A stretch of 64,000 nucleotides of DNA from Eledone cirrhosa (GCA_964016885.1 OZ024742.1:79360001-79424000), one strand, 5' to 3'; counted from the stretch's first letter, positions 1-16,597 are shown. A program made the numbers and translations. The notes: generated by a model from the letters alone, not told the origin.

Positions 1-101
1 GGTAAGTGTTAGATGAATTGTTATTGAAGGAGCAAGGTAGGCAATGAGATTAGAAGAGAGAACTAGAGTGGAAGAAAGAGATAGATAGATAGAGAGGGAG
101 G

Positions 102-2322
<2,221 letters not shown>

Positions 2323-3203
2323 TATATATGCACATATATGTCGACAGACACGTTCAGATAAAGTTGCCTATACACGTATTTATGCTTAGACATTTATGCA
2401 AGCGAACATACCTATACATAAACACAAATCAAAATACTGATGTATATAGGCATACATGCACTTTCAAACTTATACATGATCAACCGTTACTCTATGATAT
2501 TGATGTGTCAGAAAAAAGGATGTTTTTTATTTGGTAATATGTATTTCGTTCTCTGTCTATAGAAAGGTTAATGATAAATCATTAGTGTGGTGATATTTTC
2601 GACAGCGGTTCAATTACAGATTGAAACATTTTATTCCACAAACCTTGTATATCTATGAGTTTCTGAAGGTTGCTAGTTGTACTAGAATGTTTGGTATGCC
2701 ATCTGCATTACACGATTCGCTGATGAAATAAAAAGAATGTTATTGTTCACCAGAGATTTTCATTTTATGCTTGGGCGAATTAAATATAAAAGTAATGTTT
2801 ATGAGACGCTTTTATGTTATTTCTTAACTATGAAAAAATGTACGGGCTACAAGAGATGAAGAGATATCAACATCTTGAACTTTTGGATACCCCCATGAAC
2901 ATCTTCAACAGATTAATAAAAGAACTTGATAAGTTAAACGTGTTAGTTTGAATGTTTAAATCAACGAATTTTACAGAACGTGATGGTAAGACAGAGGCTG
3001 GAAATATCACGTAACTAAGAATTGTAGGAACGTTTAGGCTTTGCTGTATGACTTGGCTTCATGTAGTGTGTCAATGATACGTCGTCAATCCTCTATCTGG
3101 TTACACATAATGTATGTATGTATGTATGTATGTATGTATGTATGTATGTATGTATGTATGTATGTATGTATGTATGTATGTATGTATGTATGTATGTATG
3201 TAT

Positions 3204-3813
3204 GTCAGGTCACCAGTTGGTGCTACTGGTAACATGTATCCCAGTACAACCTGTCTCATGGTCGGGTCGTTGGCGACTAAACTGGCAACCCCACCAAGGT
3301 TTCTTGGTGAGGAGGGTGACTTTGGACATCCTGCAGGACTAAAAACAAAACCTGTCAAAGGGCAAAGGAGCTCTTAAGAGTCAATGGCCGCCAAAATCAC
3401 CGGGAGAGATGACCCCTTAGCCTTTGTCAAGGCAGAATTCTAGGAGAAGGAAAACTCTGATATAACACCTGCAACCCTGATGGTATCCAATGATGTTGAC
3501 TTGTTCTTCTTTTTGGTGAATATCATCTTGGTTAAGAGAGTGGGACTGGCTTTGTGCAGTGCCTTTGCTCACTATAAAAGCTTCACGGCACAGGCATTGC
3601 TTTATATCTGGAGATCTCTCTGCACTTGTCGTCACATGGTACCATGGGCCCAGCACTATGTGTCAATAATTGTCAGAAGTGTAGTGTTTGTACAAGAGTT
3701 TTCAAGTCGCTGGCTGGACTAAAAAGTCACGCTCCTTCAGCGCATCGGTAGGGGTTCTCCTACATGGATTTAAAGTAGTGGCCGTACTCGAAAACGAGTT
3801 GGCAGCAACCATG
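3204..3813 (+). mobile_element. ~610 bp non-coding retroposon (probable bipartite RTE-derived element), copy 1, embedded in (TATG)n
   Basis: Near-identical to 11358-11948 and 41033-41618. Flanked by (TATG)n-type repeats on both sides. Contains TCTAGGAGAAGGAAAACTCTGA, which I recall as resembling RTE 5' UTRs. Confidence 0.75.
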
Positions 3814-3837
3814 TATGCATGTATGCATGTATGTATG

Positions 3838-4230
3838 TTCTTCTGGTTTTATAATTTCACAAAGTTTTACCAATAGAGAGAGAGTCGGTTTCTAACATAG
3901 ACACAATACTCTCTCATTGGAATTTACACAACATGAACTAGGTAGATATGTATGTATGCATGTGTAGATATGGATGTTATTGTATGTGTGGATGTGTATG
4001 TTTTAGTTGTATGTGTGCATGTGTATATGCTTTGCATCTGTACATGTGTATATGCAGTTATTAGATGCAAAACTTTTGGAATGTTTTACATATTTTTACT
4101 GTTCCATTAATGGATTGTACTTGTAATTTCCTAGCTAGTTGTGTTCTTTCTGTTCTTGTGAAGCCTAGCTTCTCAAGATTTGTATTGAGGCAGATACTAG
4201 CATATCCCAGTGCCCCAATAATCACAGGCA
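3838..4230 (-). mobile_element. 3' fragment of an RLE-type (R4/Dong-like) non-LTR retrotransposon
   Basis: The minus strand translates PVIIGALGYAS...KLQVQSINGTVKICKTFQKFCI*, similar to the C-terminus of ORF 28657-29826 (PIVIGALG...LLGTARTL). Flanked by (TATG)n. Confidence 0.6.
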
Positions 4231-4289
4231 TGTGTGTATGTATGTATGTATGTATGTATGTATGTATGTATGTATGTATGCGCTTGTAA

Positions 4290-4445
4290 ACGGTGTGGCA
4301 TAGTTGTTAGAGAGTTCAACACACGACCAAAAGGAGCGTATTTTCGATTCTGGAAGCGCATTGTGTCCTTCAGCAAGACATATCATCCTTCATTACTCCA
4401 GTCCCATCAACTAACAAAATGAAATTGCATCCGTAATCGAAAGGA
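4290..4445 (+). mobile_element. Diverged tRNA-derived SINE (CORE-like domain)
   Basis: GTGTGGCATAGTTGTTAG box A-like sequence and GCATTGTGTCCTTCAGCAAGACA. Similar to 11057-11175. Confidence 0.5.
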
Positions 4446-4564
4446 CCAGAATTTTTACTCGTTATTTCCACGGGCAGGGTGCACTCTGGAACAACTAGAA
4501 CATTCGTCGCTAGAAGTGACGGAAAATCAACACGCATACACACGCAACTCTCTCCCCGCCTCTC

Positions 4565-4685
<121 letters not shown>

Positions 4686-5495
4686 CAGTGTCATTGTCGT
4701 CGACATCCTTCACGACACCATCACCATCATCACCGTCGTCATCATCATCGTCATCATCTTTTTTGAGTGTGGATATATATTTATATATTTATATATATAC
4801 ATGTGTGTGTGTGTGTGTGTGTCTGAGCGTATGTTTAGTTGTGTGTGTATATATGAGTGCTTGTGTTGTAGTGTGGGTGTACATGAAGCTAGGTAACTTA
4901 GCTATGTAAACAAAGGCTTTAATAACGTTTGTGCACCAGATACATTCAGTGAGAGTAAAGGCGGAGGAATATACCCCCGACCATATACGCATAAGTCACA
5001 TATATGTGCTAAAGACATACCTGTATATATATACCGTATAGAAGTTACCATGACTTGGCATATGTGTATATAAATTTCCACATTTTTTGTATAGAAACAT
5101 AAAAATGTGCGCAATTTATACAATTAGCTGTAAATTAAAGAAATGATTAACATTTTTTAATCGATTTTCGAACTATGTTCGATTCTTAAAGGTACATATT
5201 ATCGAAACAACCAAAAGGGAATAGAAAGCCGGAGGACTAATATACTCTAACACTTGTAGTAGTATTCTGAAATGGACATTCTAAATTGTATATTATTAGA
5301 GGGTTATTGGTAGTAAAATAAGATATATGTAACGAAATAAGCTGGGTACTGGCTGTTTCTTCTAGCAAATATATATCTCGCCAGATGTCCATCCCTTATC
5401 TCCTTTCTGCGACCATTAACCACTTGACAATATTTCGTTCTGAGAATGTTTCACTTGTAGCGGTCAGTTCAAGAATTCGTCCTTTCATTGAAGAG

Positions 5496-5563
5496 GTCCT
5501 TGAAAAGTCGATAGCCTCATGGACCCAATGCACTGTAGTGCGGCGAAACTGTACAGTCGGGAC
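5496..5563 (+). ncRNA. Type-I hammerhead ribozyme, U3:A8 core variant
   Basis: gtcc TTGAAAA gtcg-(30 nt)-cggc GAAA ctgtacag TC gggac. Stem III is palindromic (ACTGTACAGT). Homologous to 23652-23747. Confidence 0.6.
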
Positions 5564-5662
5564 TTTGAAGAAAAAATTACGTATATTTTGTCTATTTTCT
5601 CTTCACATTTATAATTGGTATATATATATATATATAAATCTCTCTATATATATATAAATCTA

Positions 5663-5907
<245 letters not shown>

Positions 5908-6118
5908 TATATATATAACAAGGAGGGTGTGGTAAGATACCAGGTGGTCCATGGCGCACCAGAGTACTCAATAATTATTGTAGTAGAGTGATTAATGGGA
6001 AAAGAGTCAGGAATCCGACGGAGTTCGGATGTATGTGTCGAAACCGCCGGAGCTCAGCCGTCGGGGTCCTGATTATTTTCCTATATATATATATATATAT
6101 ATATATATAGGAAAAGAG

Positions 6119-6165
<47 letters not shown>

Positions 6166-9100
6166 GGAGGTAAGTTTTATTTGTTTTTGAAATGCGCATA
6201 ATATAATACATGGAACTCTTTTAACCATCTTTTGTTCTTATATTATATATATATATATATGTATATGCGTGTGTGTGTGTTTGTGTAGTGTAAACCTATC
6301 GCGGAAGTCAATTTGGTTTGTCAATTGAACATGCTCTCTGTGTGTGAATAATGTATTTGAACTCTTGATTGAAGCCCTTTCAATGGATACCTTAACGTCT
6401 CAAATTACATACCAACATCTTATTTTCAACCCTTTAACCATTTTCGAATAGTCTAGACATTTGTGCTTATAAGACTGCAGGTTAGAAAACCAGATAAATA
6501 TTTCAAGACTTTTAAGAATCTCCAAAGTTCTTCGCGGGTCTTTGCTAGACATTCCCGCTAATAATTTCTTTTCCTATTCTCTATTTCTCATTTTTACTAC
6601 TTAAAAGTACAAGTAGTGCAAGTAATGACGAAGTTAATATTAAATGACATGACATTTGTATTACATGGTACGAAATGTTCATAGGAAGAGACAAACTAAT
6701 TGAAGCTATGCGACCATATTGATTTTTTTCTTTTCTTTGCTTACATATATATTTTATTATTTGAGATATCGATTTTATACTTCGGCTATAGAAGAACATA
6801 TGAAAGGTGCTCATAGCCAACTTCAATTAGATGAAAGATCATAGTTGTGTATCTTATCACCTCTAAAACAGGCAAGTTCAACTGGAAGTATGTACCAGGG
6901 GTTGGGGCTGTTCTTTTTGTTTAACACCCCGGAACACTCTAATTCAACATGCCTGCCGTGAAAAGCGTTCCAGCTATCAGCATATCATCTTTAGTTTTAG
7001 GTATAGTTGTATCTATGTTCGGGACCGAGAATTACAAGGTTAGTATCAATGCCGAATAGAATGTTTTGCAGTGTTCGCTTCAACTGTGTGCGTTCTGAGG
7101 TCAAATCCCGCTAAGGCCATCATTATCTTTCGATTTCGATAAAGAAAGTACTAGTCCAGTAATGGGGGATTATTCCACCCTCTCAACTAACCAATACTTT
7201 CAGGCAATTGAACATCAGGTGTCATAGAGAGAATATGGTTTCTTGCAAGCTGAACCTGTGATGCACATTCAATTTTAGGTTGAAGCCAATTTAGACAACT
7301 GTAGCGTATATTCCTTTCCTTTCGCCATAACATCGCATAACTTTACACCCTCGTAAATAATAAAAAAATATATTAACAGAGCAAAACAGCACCGTGGTAA
7401 ATAATTCATCGGGACTTCATCAGCATAGCATAAATATCACAACTGCCCTGTTTTTGTCTCAAATATGAAGAATGGTGATTTATTTGTCAAATGTATGTTA
7501 ATTAATTACAACAAAGATTCCTGTCAGAAAATTCAAACTTCTCTTCACTTGAAATTTAATTATTCCACCTTCTGCATTGTATTTTCACCAAAGAAAAACT
7601 AACTTCAATAATCATATAGGCAACCATGTAACAATACCAAACTTGAAGTTTCAAGCAATAAATGGTAGTGATGTTATTGTTGTTGTTGTTGAAACCTGTA
7701 ATTCAACAGCTTTCCAAATGTTAATATAGCATCTTTTAAAAAATAAAGATTAATCTATCTAGGATCACATCATTCAATGTGATTTTACTCAAGGAATCAC
7801 ATACAAAATTCCCGATTAGATTATGTTTATATGGTATATATAAAGGACGAAATGGTATTTAGTGAAAGAAAGTCTCTTCAGAAAATATAATGAAAGTCGC
7901 ATGATTTATGTCCTGAGTATACGAAGCAATTGCCGATGTTTGACATATAGAAGACGTTTGCGTAAATAAGTTTTGTTTGTTGTTGTTCATTTTCAGATCA
8001 AACACGATTGTACAGACCTTTGATAAATGGCATGCAAGTGGAGACAACCTCGTCTGTTTAGAGATAAGTGGGGTTTGAAAGAAGCTTAGTTACTGTTTAT
8101 TACAGATATAGCGCTCATGTAAATACTTTTCCTCGCTGCTTCACATGAATCCCATTTATGGAAACAGTTTTCGTTATATTTCCAATATATTTCAGATAAA
8201 AAAAAACAAAAGAAACAAACAAACTCAGCAACAACTACAAACCAAACACAAAACATTATGTTGGGTGTTTAGAATTTGTTGATACTTAGTAATATGCTAT
8301 TTTAATTCACTTTGGAGTAGCTGTAATAGAAGTGAAGATTAGGTTGCTTTGTTAATGATTTTACATTGACTGCAGGAACCTGTTGCCGAGAATTTGATCC
8401 CATTAAGATTAGCTAAATATTATAAGATGTCTATTTTGATATAATACAACGATAACAACGAGGTAATGCAAATTAGTATGCAACTTGCACCATGGGATCT
8501 AGTTGTCAGTTTACTTTCTTCAAGTGACGTCTCCCATGAAGAAATACATTTCAATATTGGTGATAACATGCAAACCTGCGATCCTCCAGAAATCCTAAGC
8601 ACTCGATAATTACAATTTTAATGTTGTTATAGTTGTTGATTATTCCCAGATCAGCTGTTCTATGTTCAAAATCATCCAAGCTGGGACCATCCTGTTAAAT
8701 TGTATGCTTAGTATCTCTAGGATTACACAATAATATCCATATTTATAATCTCTTTTTGTATTCTAGTTTGATTGGTAGAAGCATTAAATGGTCTTATGAA
8801 GTGCCTTGCTGTATTTATACCTGCCGCATGCGTTCTGAGTTCAACTGTCACCTTGTCCTACATGGATGAGAAACGTAATTGGCTACACGGTTTAACATAA
8901 CCATCTGGATCTGGGGTATTTTTAGCGTAGTCCATTATGTTAAGTATTCGGGGTATGTCTCCGATTTGAAGTTGCATTTTACCCTCCTAGTCATCAATCG
9001 TGTAGGGCTATAGGCAAAGGGCTATGGACACCTTCCTTTCACCCGATTACAGGCTAAATAGGAAATATTGGGATAAAGTTTTATACTGGCAAAGTATCAT

Positions 9101-10071
9101 ATTTGTTGTTCTTGTCTACCGCCAGGTCGGCTTTGATCAAGGAGACATGATCAAAGGCATTCCAGCAGTGATCACTACCATCATATTATTTTGTAAGCAG
9201 GCAGAGTGCATGTCGGACTAAAATGTCTAACATATGCTTCTTTCATTTTTAATGGTGGTCGGGAGTTGTCAGATATTTCTGACTGCACTTAGAGGCGTTC
9301 TGCAATAGGGAGTGTAAAATGCCAATCAACTGTAGGGCATTTAACTATTTCTTACTTCGGTATAAGGTGTCAAAATTAAAAGGTGGGATGATTTACGTGG
9401 TATATACAGCATGAATTTCTTACAGGCAATAGCCGCGTAGGTGGAAGTACACAATCCTAAGTCATAAGTAAAAAATAAAACCCCTCGTTCTTTTATATTT
9501 TTGCAAAGCATCTGACTGTCAATAGAGAAAGGCATATTAATATAAAAACCTGGATACAATAAAACGAAACATCGATCGGCTTATATTTTGCTTAAAATTA
9601 TTTTATATCACACATAAAATAGGTGCGTCTTGATTGATAATGAGCAAACAGAAGGATAAATGGACAGAACAGTAAAGGGCGTTCGAAAATAGCCTAAGAA
9701 GATAAACTTCGCAACCGCCTAAATTTGATGCACCTTGAAACCAATTTATTTCCTGCAGCTATAGGAATATCGATTTAATATGTATATATATAATTATATA
9801 AATGGAAAAAATGAAACGAAATTTCATTTCTCACTCTTAGTACGGCTGTTACTTAAATATAAGTATGTATACGTACATACATATACGTATACAGACGTAC
9901 AGTAGTAAGTATATATATACATACATGCAGACACATATATATATATATATACATATGGATTTACCGAACATTTATTATAATGCTCGGTTTGTTTGAAAAC
10001 AAACATCCCGAATTAAGCCGTACAGTGTTTAGCAACCATCGTTGCCCTTTTGTTCAACACTAACAAAGGAA

Positions 10072-10112
10072 CGATGTACTAGTTTCAAGCTTATTAGCTA
10101 TCGTCAGCACCG
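10072..10112 (-). ncRNA. Minimal type-I hammerhead ribozyme (inverted copy)
   Basis: Exact reverse complement of 10431-10471. Confidence 0.85.
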
Positions 10113-10430
10113 TATACCTTCCTGCCAGAGCATTATAATAAATGTTCGGTAAATCCATACGTACATATATATATGTGTGTATGTATGTATATATATATAC
10201 ATACTACTGTACGTCTGTATATATATATGTATGAACGTATACATACTTATATTTAAGTAACAGCCATACTAAGAGTGAGAAATGAAATTTCGTTTCATTT
10301 ATTCCATTTATCGTTTTCGGTGCGCCCGGCTGATTAACTCACTCGATATGCAAATTAGGCTGCTCAGCCGTTAATATGCATAAGGAAAGTATATACTTTT
10401 AGACGTTCAATCATGTGGCAGGAATGTATA

Positions 10431-10471
10431 CGGTGCTGACGATAGCTAATAAGCTTGAAACTAGTACATCG
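10431..10471 (+). ncRNA. Minimal type-I hammerhead ribozyme
   Basis: cggtg CTGACGA t agc taataa gct t GAAA ctag TA catcg. Canonical core, 5-bp stem I, palindromic stem III (ACTAGT). Confidence 0.85.
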
Positions 10472-10665
10472 TTCCTTTGTTAGTGTTGAACAAAAGGGCA
10501 ACGATGGCTGCTAAACACTGTACGACTTAATTCGGGATGTTTGTTTACAAACAAACCGAGCATTATAATAAATGTTCGGTAAATCCATACGTACATATAT
10601 GTATATATATGCATACTACTGTACATCTATATACATATATGTATGTACGTATACATACTTATATA

Positions 10666-10724
<59 letters not shown>

Positions 10725-10725
<1 letters not shown>

Positions 10726-11050
10726 AATATCTTTAAGTCGTTTGGAAGCCTCGACAATGCAAATGGGTAAATCTCCGGGTAACAAGATCCGGTGGTGGAG
10801 AGAGAGATGTAAGTGGGTGTACGTTGAGATGCGTGGTGTGTATGAGATGTGTAGAAGAATGAAGGAAAGAGTATAAAGGATAGAATAAAAATAACAACAC
10901 GAGAGAGAGTTACCTTGGGAGAGATTTAATAGTCCCTATATATTTCGGATTCACATCCATCAACTGGGGGTTTTTCCGGGGTGGGGAAAAGGTTGTCTGC
11001 CGGACAGGTGCGAAACGCGTCCTTCACTGTTTGTTGTTTTGAATATCTAT
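10725..11050 (-). mobile_element. Solo pseudo-LTR fragment of the Penelope-like family at 23.9-26.5 kb
   Basis: The reverse complement aligns with 26235-26460 (cagttgatggatgtgaatc..gaaatat..agggac..ttaaatctct..caaggtaactct). Confidence 0.75.
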
Positions 11051-11056
11051 ATAGTG

Positions 11057-11175
11057 GAGGCGCGTGGCTGAGTGGTTAGATAATTGGATTCACAATCGTG
11101 AGATCGTGAGTTCGATTCCCGAACCGGGCGATGCGTTATGTCCTTGAGCAAGACATTTTATTTCACGTTGCTCCT
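11057..11175 (+). mobile_element. tRNA-derived SINE head with CORE-like domain
   Basis: Box A TGGCTGAGTGG and box B GTTCGATTCC, followed by GCGTTATGTCCTTGAGCAAGACA. Confidence 0.75.
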
Positions 11176-11357
11176 TCTACCTGGAGTTGCGACCAATAGA
11201 TAGTATTAACAATTGGAAAGACCAATGGAGACATTGTTTCCTCGGTCCGATTTGACGAAAGTCGATCGACTGTCGATATACATATATATATATATGTGAG
11301 TGTGTGTGTGCGTATATATATATATTCATATGTATGTATCTATGTATGTATGTATGT

Positions 11358-11948
11358 GTCAGGTCACCAGTTGGTGCTACTGGCAACATGTATCCCAGTA
11401 CAACCTGTCCCATAGTCGGGTCGTTGGCGACTAAACTGGTAACCACACCAAGCTTTCTTGGTGAGGAGGGTGACTTTGGACATCCTGCAGGACTAAAAAC
11501 GGAGCTCTTAACAGTCAATGGCCATCCAAAATCACCGGGAGAGATGACCCCTTAGTCTTTGTCAAGGCAGAATTCTAGGAGAAGGAAAACTCTGATATAA
11601 CACCTGCAACACTGATGGTATCCAATGATGTTGATTTGTTCTTCTTTTTGGTAAATATCATCTTGGTTAAGAGAGTGGGACTGGCTTTGTGCAGTGCCTT
11701 TGCTCACTATAAAAGCTTCACGGCACAGGCATTGCTTTATATCTGGAGATCTCTCTGCACTTGTCGTCACATGGTACCATGGGCCCAGCACTATGTGTCA
11801 ATAATTGTCACAAGTGTAGTGTTTGTACCAGAGTTTTCAAGTCGCTGGCTGGAGTAAAAAGTCACACTCGTTCAGCGCATAGGTAGGGGTTCTCCTACAT
11901 GGATATAAAGTAGTGGCCGTACTCGAAAACGAGTTGGCAGCCACCATG
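11358..11948 (+). mobile_element. ~590 bp non-coding retroposon, copy 2, in (TATG)n
   Basis: Near-identical to 3204-3813, with one small internal deletion. Confidence 0.75.
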
Positions 11949-12251
11949 TATGTATGTATGTATGTATGTATGTATGTATGCATGTATGTATGTATATGTA
12001 TGTATGTGCATAATTCTTTAAGATGAAAGACACCGCTGTGAAGTATTTGTTTGATACATTGGCTTCAGGGCGTGAGAGCCCGTGTTTGTGTGTGAATATG
12101 TGAATATGTATGAGTATTTATACGTGTCAGAATAAGTGTACATTTACATTCACATATACATTCGCATACACGTACACATATACGTACATATATGTGCCTC
12201 TATGCACATATGTGTCTATATACGTACTCATGTATTTAAGCAGGTATGAGC

Positions 12252-12315
<64 letters not shown>

Positions 12316-12442
12316 TGTGTGTGTTTGTGTGTGTGTGTGTATAGATATGTTTGTGTGTTTGTGTGTGTGTAATATATATAAATAAACACGCAACACATAC
12401 AAACGCATATATATGATACATATGTATATATATACACGCGCA

Positions 12443-12548
<106 letters not shown>

Positions 12549-13115
12549 TTTTTAGTTTAGTTTCAAGAAGAATTATTATTGCGTAGATGTCGGAATATAG
12601 AAAATATAGAGACGGGTCAAGTCATTTTTCTTCTTTATTAAGTTATTCAGGACGAAATCAAAGACGAATATTCTAGAAACATTACATTTTCTATTTTGTT
12701 AATTCTATTTTATTTTTGCGGCTGGTGGTGGAGCTGGTGGTAGTGGTGGCGGTGTTGAATGAATGAATGTATAGGGAGGGTGGTGGTAACCTTTTTATTT
12801 AAGTTTTTGCTTCGTTTATTGTTTTTCACGTGCTACAAAGTAATAAGAAACAATTGAGAATTCTGTAATTCTTTTTGTGTTGTTTTGGTTCGATGTTTTC
12901 TTTTAGTCAACCATTTTTTTTGTATTTTCGCTTTGAATTATTATTTAGCTTTAGCTTTTCGCGTTTCAGTCACTTCAGTATCTTTGTATCTTCCACAAAC
13001 AATATTTCTATTTTTCATATTTCTTCTAACTGTAAATCATAAAACTCACTATTTCTTTATATTATATTATATTGTTTGTGTGTGTGTGTGTGTACACACA
13101 CACACACACACACAT

Positions 13116-13199
<84 letters not shown>

Positions 13200-13345
13200 C
13201 ATATATATTCATATGCCCACACTAACGCACTCAATCACACACGCACGCATACATATACAGTGTGTCCTTTCATCCTTCTGTGTATGTACGGAATGTGTCT
13301 GAAGGTGATAAAATGTGTCTGTAAGAGCAAGTCAGCGAAAACGAA

Positions 13346-13411
<66 letters not shown>

Positions 13412-13454
13412 GAGAGAGGAAAGCGAGAGAATAGTAGTGAGAGAGAGAAACAAG

Positions 13455-13492
<38 letters not shown>

Positions 13493-13816
13493 AGGAGGGT
13501 AATAAGTGTCTGTTCGTGTAAGTCTGTATGTGTGCATGCGTATGAGTATGTGTGACTCTGTACGTCTTTACGTTTTATGGTATGTTTCTGATAGAATTTG
13601 TCCTTAACATTTCAGCAAAAACTGTTCGAAGAAATATTTTGCCTACGTTACTGACAGCTAAGTGTTTTGAGAGACACATGCTCATAAATATACACACATA
13701 CACATATGGGCTTTCCTCGAACATTTATATATATTTAGTATGAACAAACGCAACCGTAAATTCACTCACATACATATACAGCCCGACGCGCAGACAAACG
13801 ATTACACACACACGCA

Positions 13817-13866
<50 letters not shown>

Positions 13867-13869
13867 CGT

Positions 13870-14013
<144 letters not shown>

Positions 14014-14702
14014 TGACATATTTCCATTAATGTTTGTGTTTAATGAACTGTGTGCCAGTGAATCTTCTCACAAATGTATTAATGTTCATTCCACCGTCTC
14101 CTCACACACACACACATATATATGCCTCCATACACGCACACACACATTGATCAAATGGTTGAAGGAATTATATATATGAACAAAATGTCTAGCCTTGCTG
14201 TAAAACAATTTTTTTATACCCCTGGGAGGTTATATGATGCTAAAACCGGAATAATCACGATTTTGACCTAGTTGCATACCATGTTCAGTGATGAAGGAAC
14301 CACACAAACTCTTTTAGTCAAACTGTATACAGAGCAGTTACGAGAAATATCGAGAATAAATCCCATGAAGGTGTAGAGTTGGTAATTTAACTACGATGAA
14401 AACACCATAGGGCGCTTGAATTAACTAATTGGGTATACGAAAATATTTGTAGTTGTACTAGAACAATTTGGGGATTATAAACCATGACATAGATTATGAG
14501 CGTAAAGCAGCTGAATAATCATGTTTTCAACGTATTTGGATATCTTTAGTTCCATTATTTCATTAGAGATCACTGTAAATCTTTTTCAAACCCGTTAGTC
14601 TGATATATCGGGACTAAATCATATGGTAGCGTTAATTTGGTAATTACTGCACAACGACGCTTAATTTAGACCAAATTGTAACTATTATGTATACAAACAT
14701 GA

Positions 14703-14888
14703 GGGCGGTGGATTGGCAGTATCGGCAGAGTGTCGGACGCCATGCTTTGCAGCATAGAGTTACGACCCGTTATGATCTGAGTTCAAATCCCGCCGAGGTT
14801 AACTTTGTCTTTTATACTTACGGGGTCGATAAAATAACTTTCCTCTCCTCCCAAATTGCTGGCCTTGTGCCTATACAAGAAACCATTA
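14703..14888 (+). mobile_element. tRNA-derived SINE with Meta-like central domain
   Basis: GGCGGTGGATTGGCAG...GAGTTCAAATCCCGCCGAGGTTAACTTTG...GGGGTCGATAAAATAA. Multiple copies occur in the window. Confidence 0.75.
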
Positions 14889-15284
14889 TATATACAAACA
14901 TATCATCATCATCATCATCCTCACCATCATTATTTTATGTCCACTTTCCATGGTGGTATGGGCTGGATGAGTTGTTATTGTCCAAAACTAGACATGTTGG
15001 AGAAATATCATCTTGTTGATACCTTCCATATTTCACTTGGCGTCTACATCTTGATGCATTATTATACACCAATCATGATTATCAACGCTACCGTATTATA
15101 GAATGTACTAGGTGCATTTCATCGAGGCACCAACTTTTGTACTACAGCAAAGCTTCAGTTAGAATTGTGTTTTTTCGTCGACATAAGGGACAAAAATACA
15201 GCTATTTCCGTCCCTTGTTTTAACTAAACACATACGTGACAATAACATTACAAATGGAAAACTAGTAAATTAAACATGAAAACA

Positions 15285-15322
15285 ACTTTTGAAAAGCTGT
15301 TGTTAGGCGAAACCGGTCAAGT
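15285..15322 (+). ncRNA. Minimal type-I hammerhead ribozyme, U3:A8 variant
   Basis: actt TTGAAAA gct gttgtta ggc GAAA ccgg TC aagt. Perfect 4-bp stem I and palindrome ACCGGT. Confidence 0.7.
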
Positions 15323-15795
15323 AGAATAGCACATAAACTATCTTTTGGTGTAAATAATAAATTCGTTTCGTTGTGTAATATACAAGTAACTTATAAGTAC
15401 TAAAGTACAAAAACTATTCTCTTTAATGTAAGCAACTTTTTCTTCGCTGCGTACTATGCACGTGCGATGTATATATAATAAAAGCGCAGGTGCTTTTTAA
15501 AAATCTTTATCACTTTCCCTATATAACACATTTTGGAAAGAAATCATTAATCTAGTATTTTGATTTTCTCCTTCTCTCGCTATATATCGTTTCTGAATTT
15601 GTTTAGCAAGATTTTTTATCTGAAAACGTGTGTTGAAACCGATATTGTTATACTTTGGGAGGGTCATGTTGCCAATAAGAAACACACGCACCAGTTGCTT
15701 TCACTTCAATTTATTATAATAAATTTATAAATTTAGGAATTTATAAATTTCCAGTTGGTTGGTTGGTTCCACAACCAGATGGTTGTTTATATATT

Positions 15796-15838
15796 GTCAA
15801 ATTTCTTTCGTCACACATTCTGTGACCTCTTCAATGAC
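15796..15838 (-). ncRNA. Degenerate minimal hammerhead ribozyme
   Basis: Minus strand reads gtca TTGAAGA g gtcaca gaatg tgtgac GAAA gaaa TT tgac. Stem III is not palindromic. Confidence 0.5.
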
Positions 15839-16511
15839 TGGGGATTCTTTTCTTTGTTTTTTGTGCCTCTCCTTTGTTCTGTCCTACGCCATCTTGTTTT
15901 TGTGTGACACACAAAGACATGTAGTGTTGATGTGAATATCCCAACGAAGTAAAGCTAATATCTTATTATAGGTCGTTGAGTGTTCAAAAACTACAGAGTC
16001 AGTTATATAACGTTGAACAATGGAACGCATAAGACAAAGTTTAGAAGTTAATTAATCCATTGATTCACAACAAAATGGTTATTGGTGTATGATAATATGT
16101 AACTCCGTAGTATTATTCTCGACACAATACAACTATTCTGCTGTCCTGTCACAGAATCAAAGCTTTTTGAATTTTATTTAAAAATATACAAACCGTATGT
16201 GTTAAAGGTCACGAAGGACATCGAAGCTAAGCGGATGCAGGAGGGTGGGGGGAGGTATTGAAATAAAGAATAAAAACTAAAACTAAAACTAATATAAATA
16301 TAAAGATTAACAAATAAATAAACAGGTAATATAATTGAATAACATTGTTACACATACATAAAGACTATTGTTCATAGATTTGCGATCATAAATTGGATAA
16401 AGGTTCTGAGATATTCCAGTGATGATATCTGTCGGGCAATTGTATACAATTCAGAATTCATGCTAAGAAAGTAGGTCGATCCTTGTAGTGGAGTAGCCAT
16501 GTGATATATCT

Positions 16512-16597
<86 letters not shown>

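Larger units (their letters stand above)
9797..10670 (+). mobile_element. Non-autonomous hammerhead-bearing element (retrozyme/pLTR-like): ~430 bp unit, terminal direct repeat, and inverted arm
   Basis: The start of 10128-10557 (gagcattataataaatgttcgg...) repeats at 10558-10665. Segment 9797-10127 is an inverted copy of a permuted part of the unit. Bounded by TA-rich repeats. Confidence 0.8.

Noticed and set aside
7995-8610. Possible host exons after tttcag/tgcag acceptors
   Set aside because: Short frames with no recognisable domain and no supported donor pairing. RNA-seq would be needed.
10990-11026. GAAACGCGTC hammerhead-like half motif
   Set aside because: No CTGANGA-like core upstream, and it is not conserved in the 26.27 kb homologue.
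11057-11130. tRNA gene
   Set aside because: Box A and box B are present, but it runs into a SINE body and lacks a closed acceptor stem.
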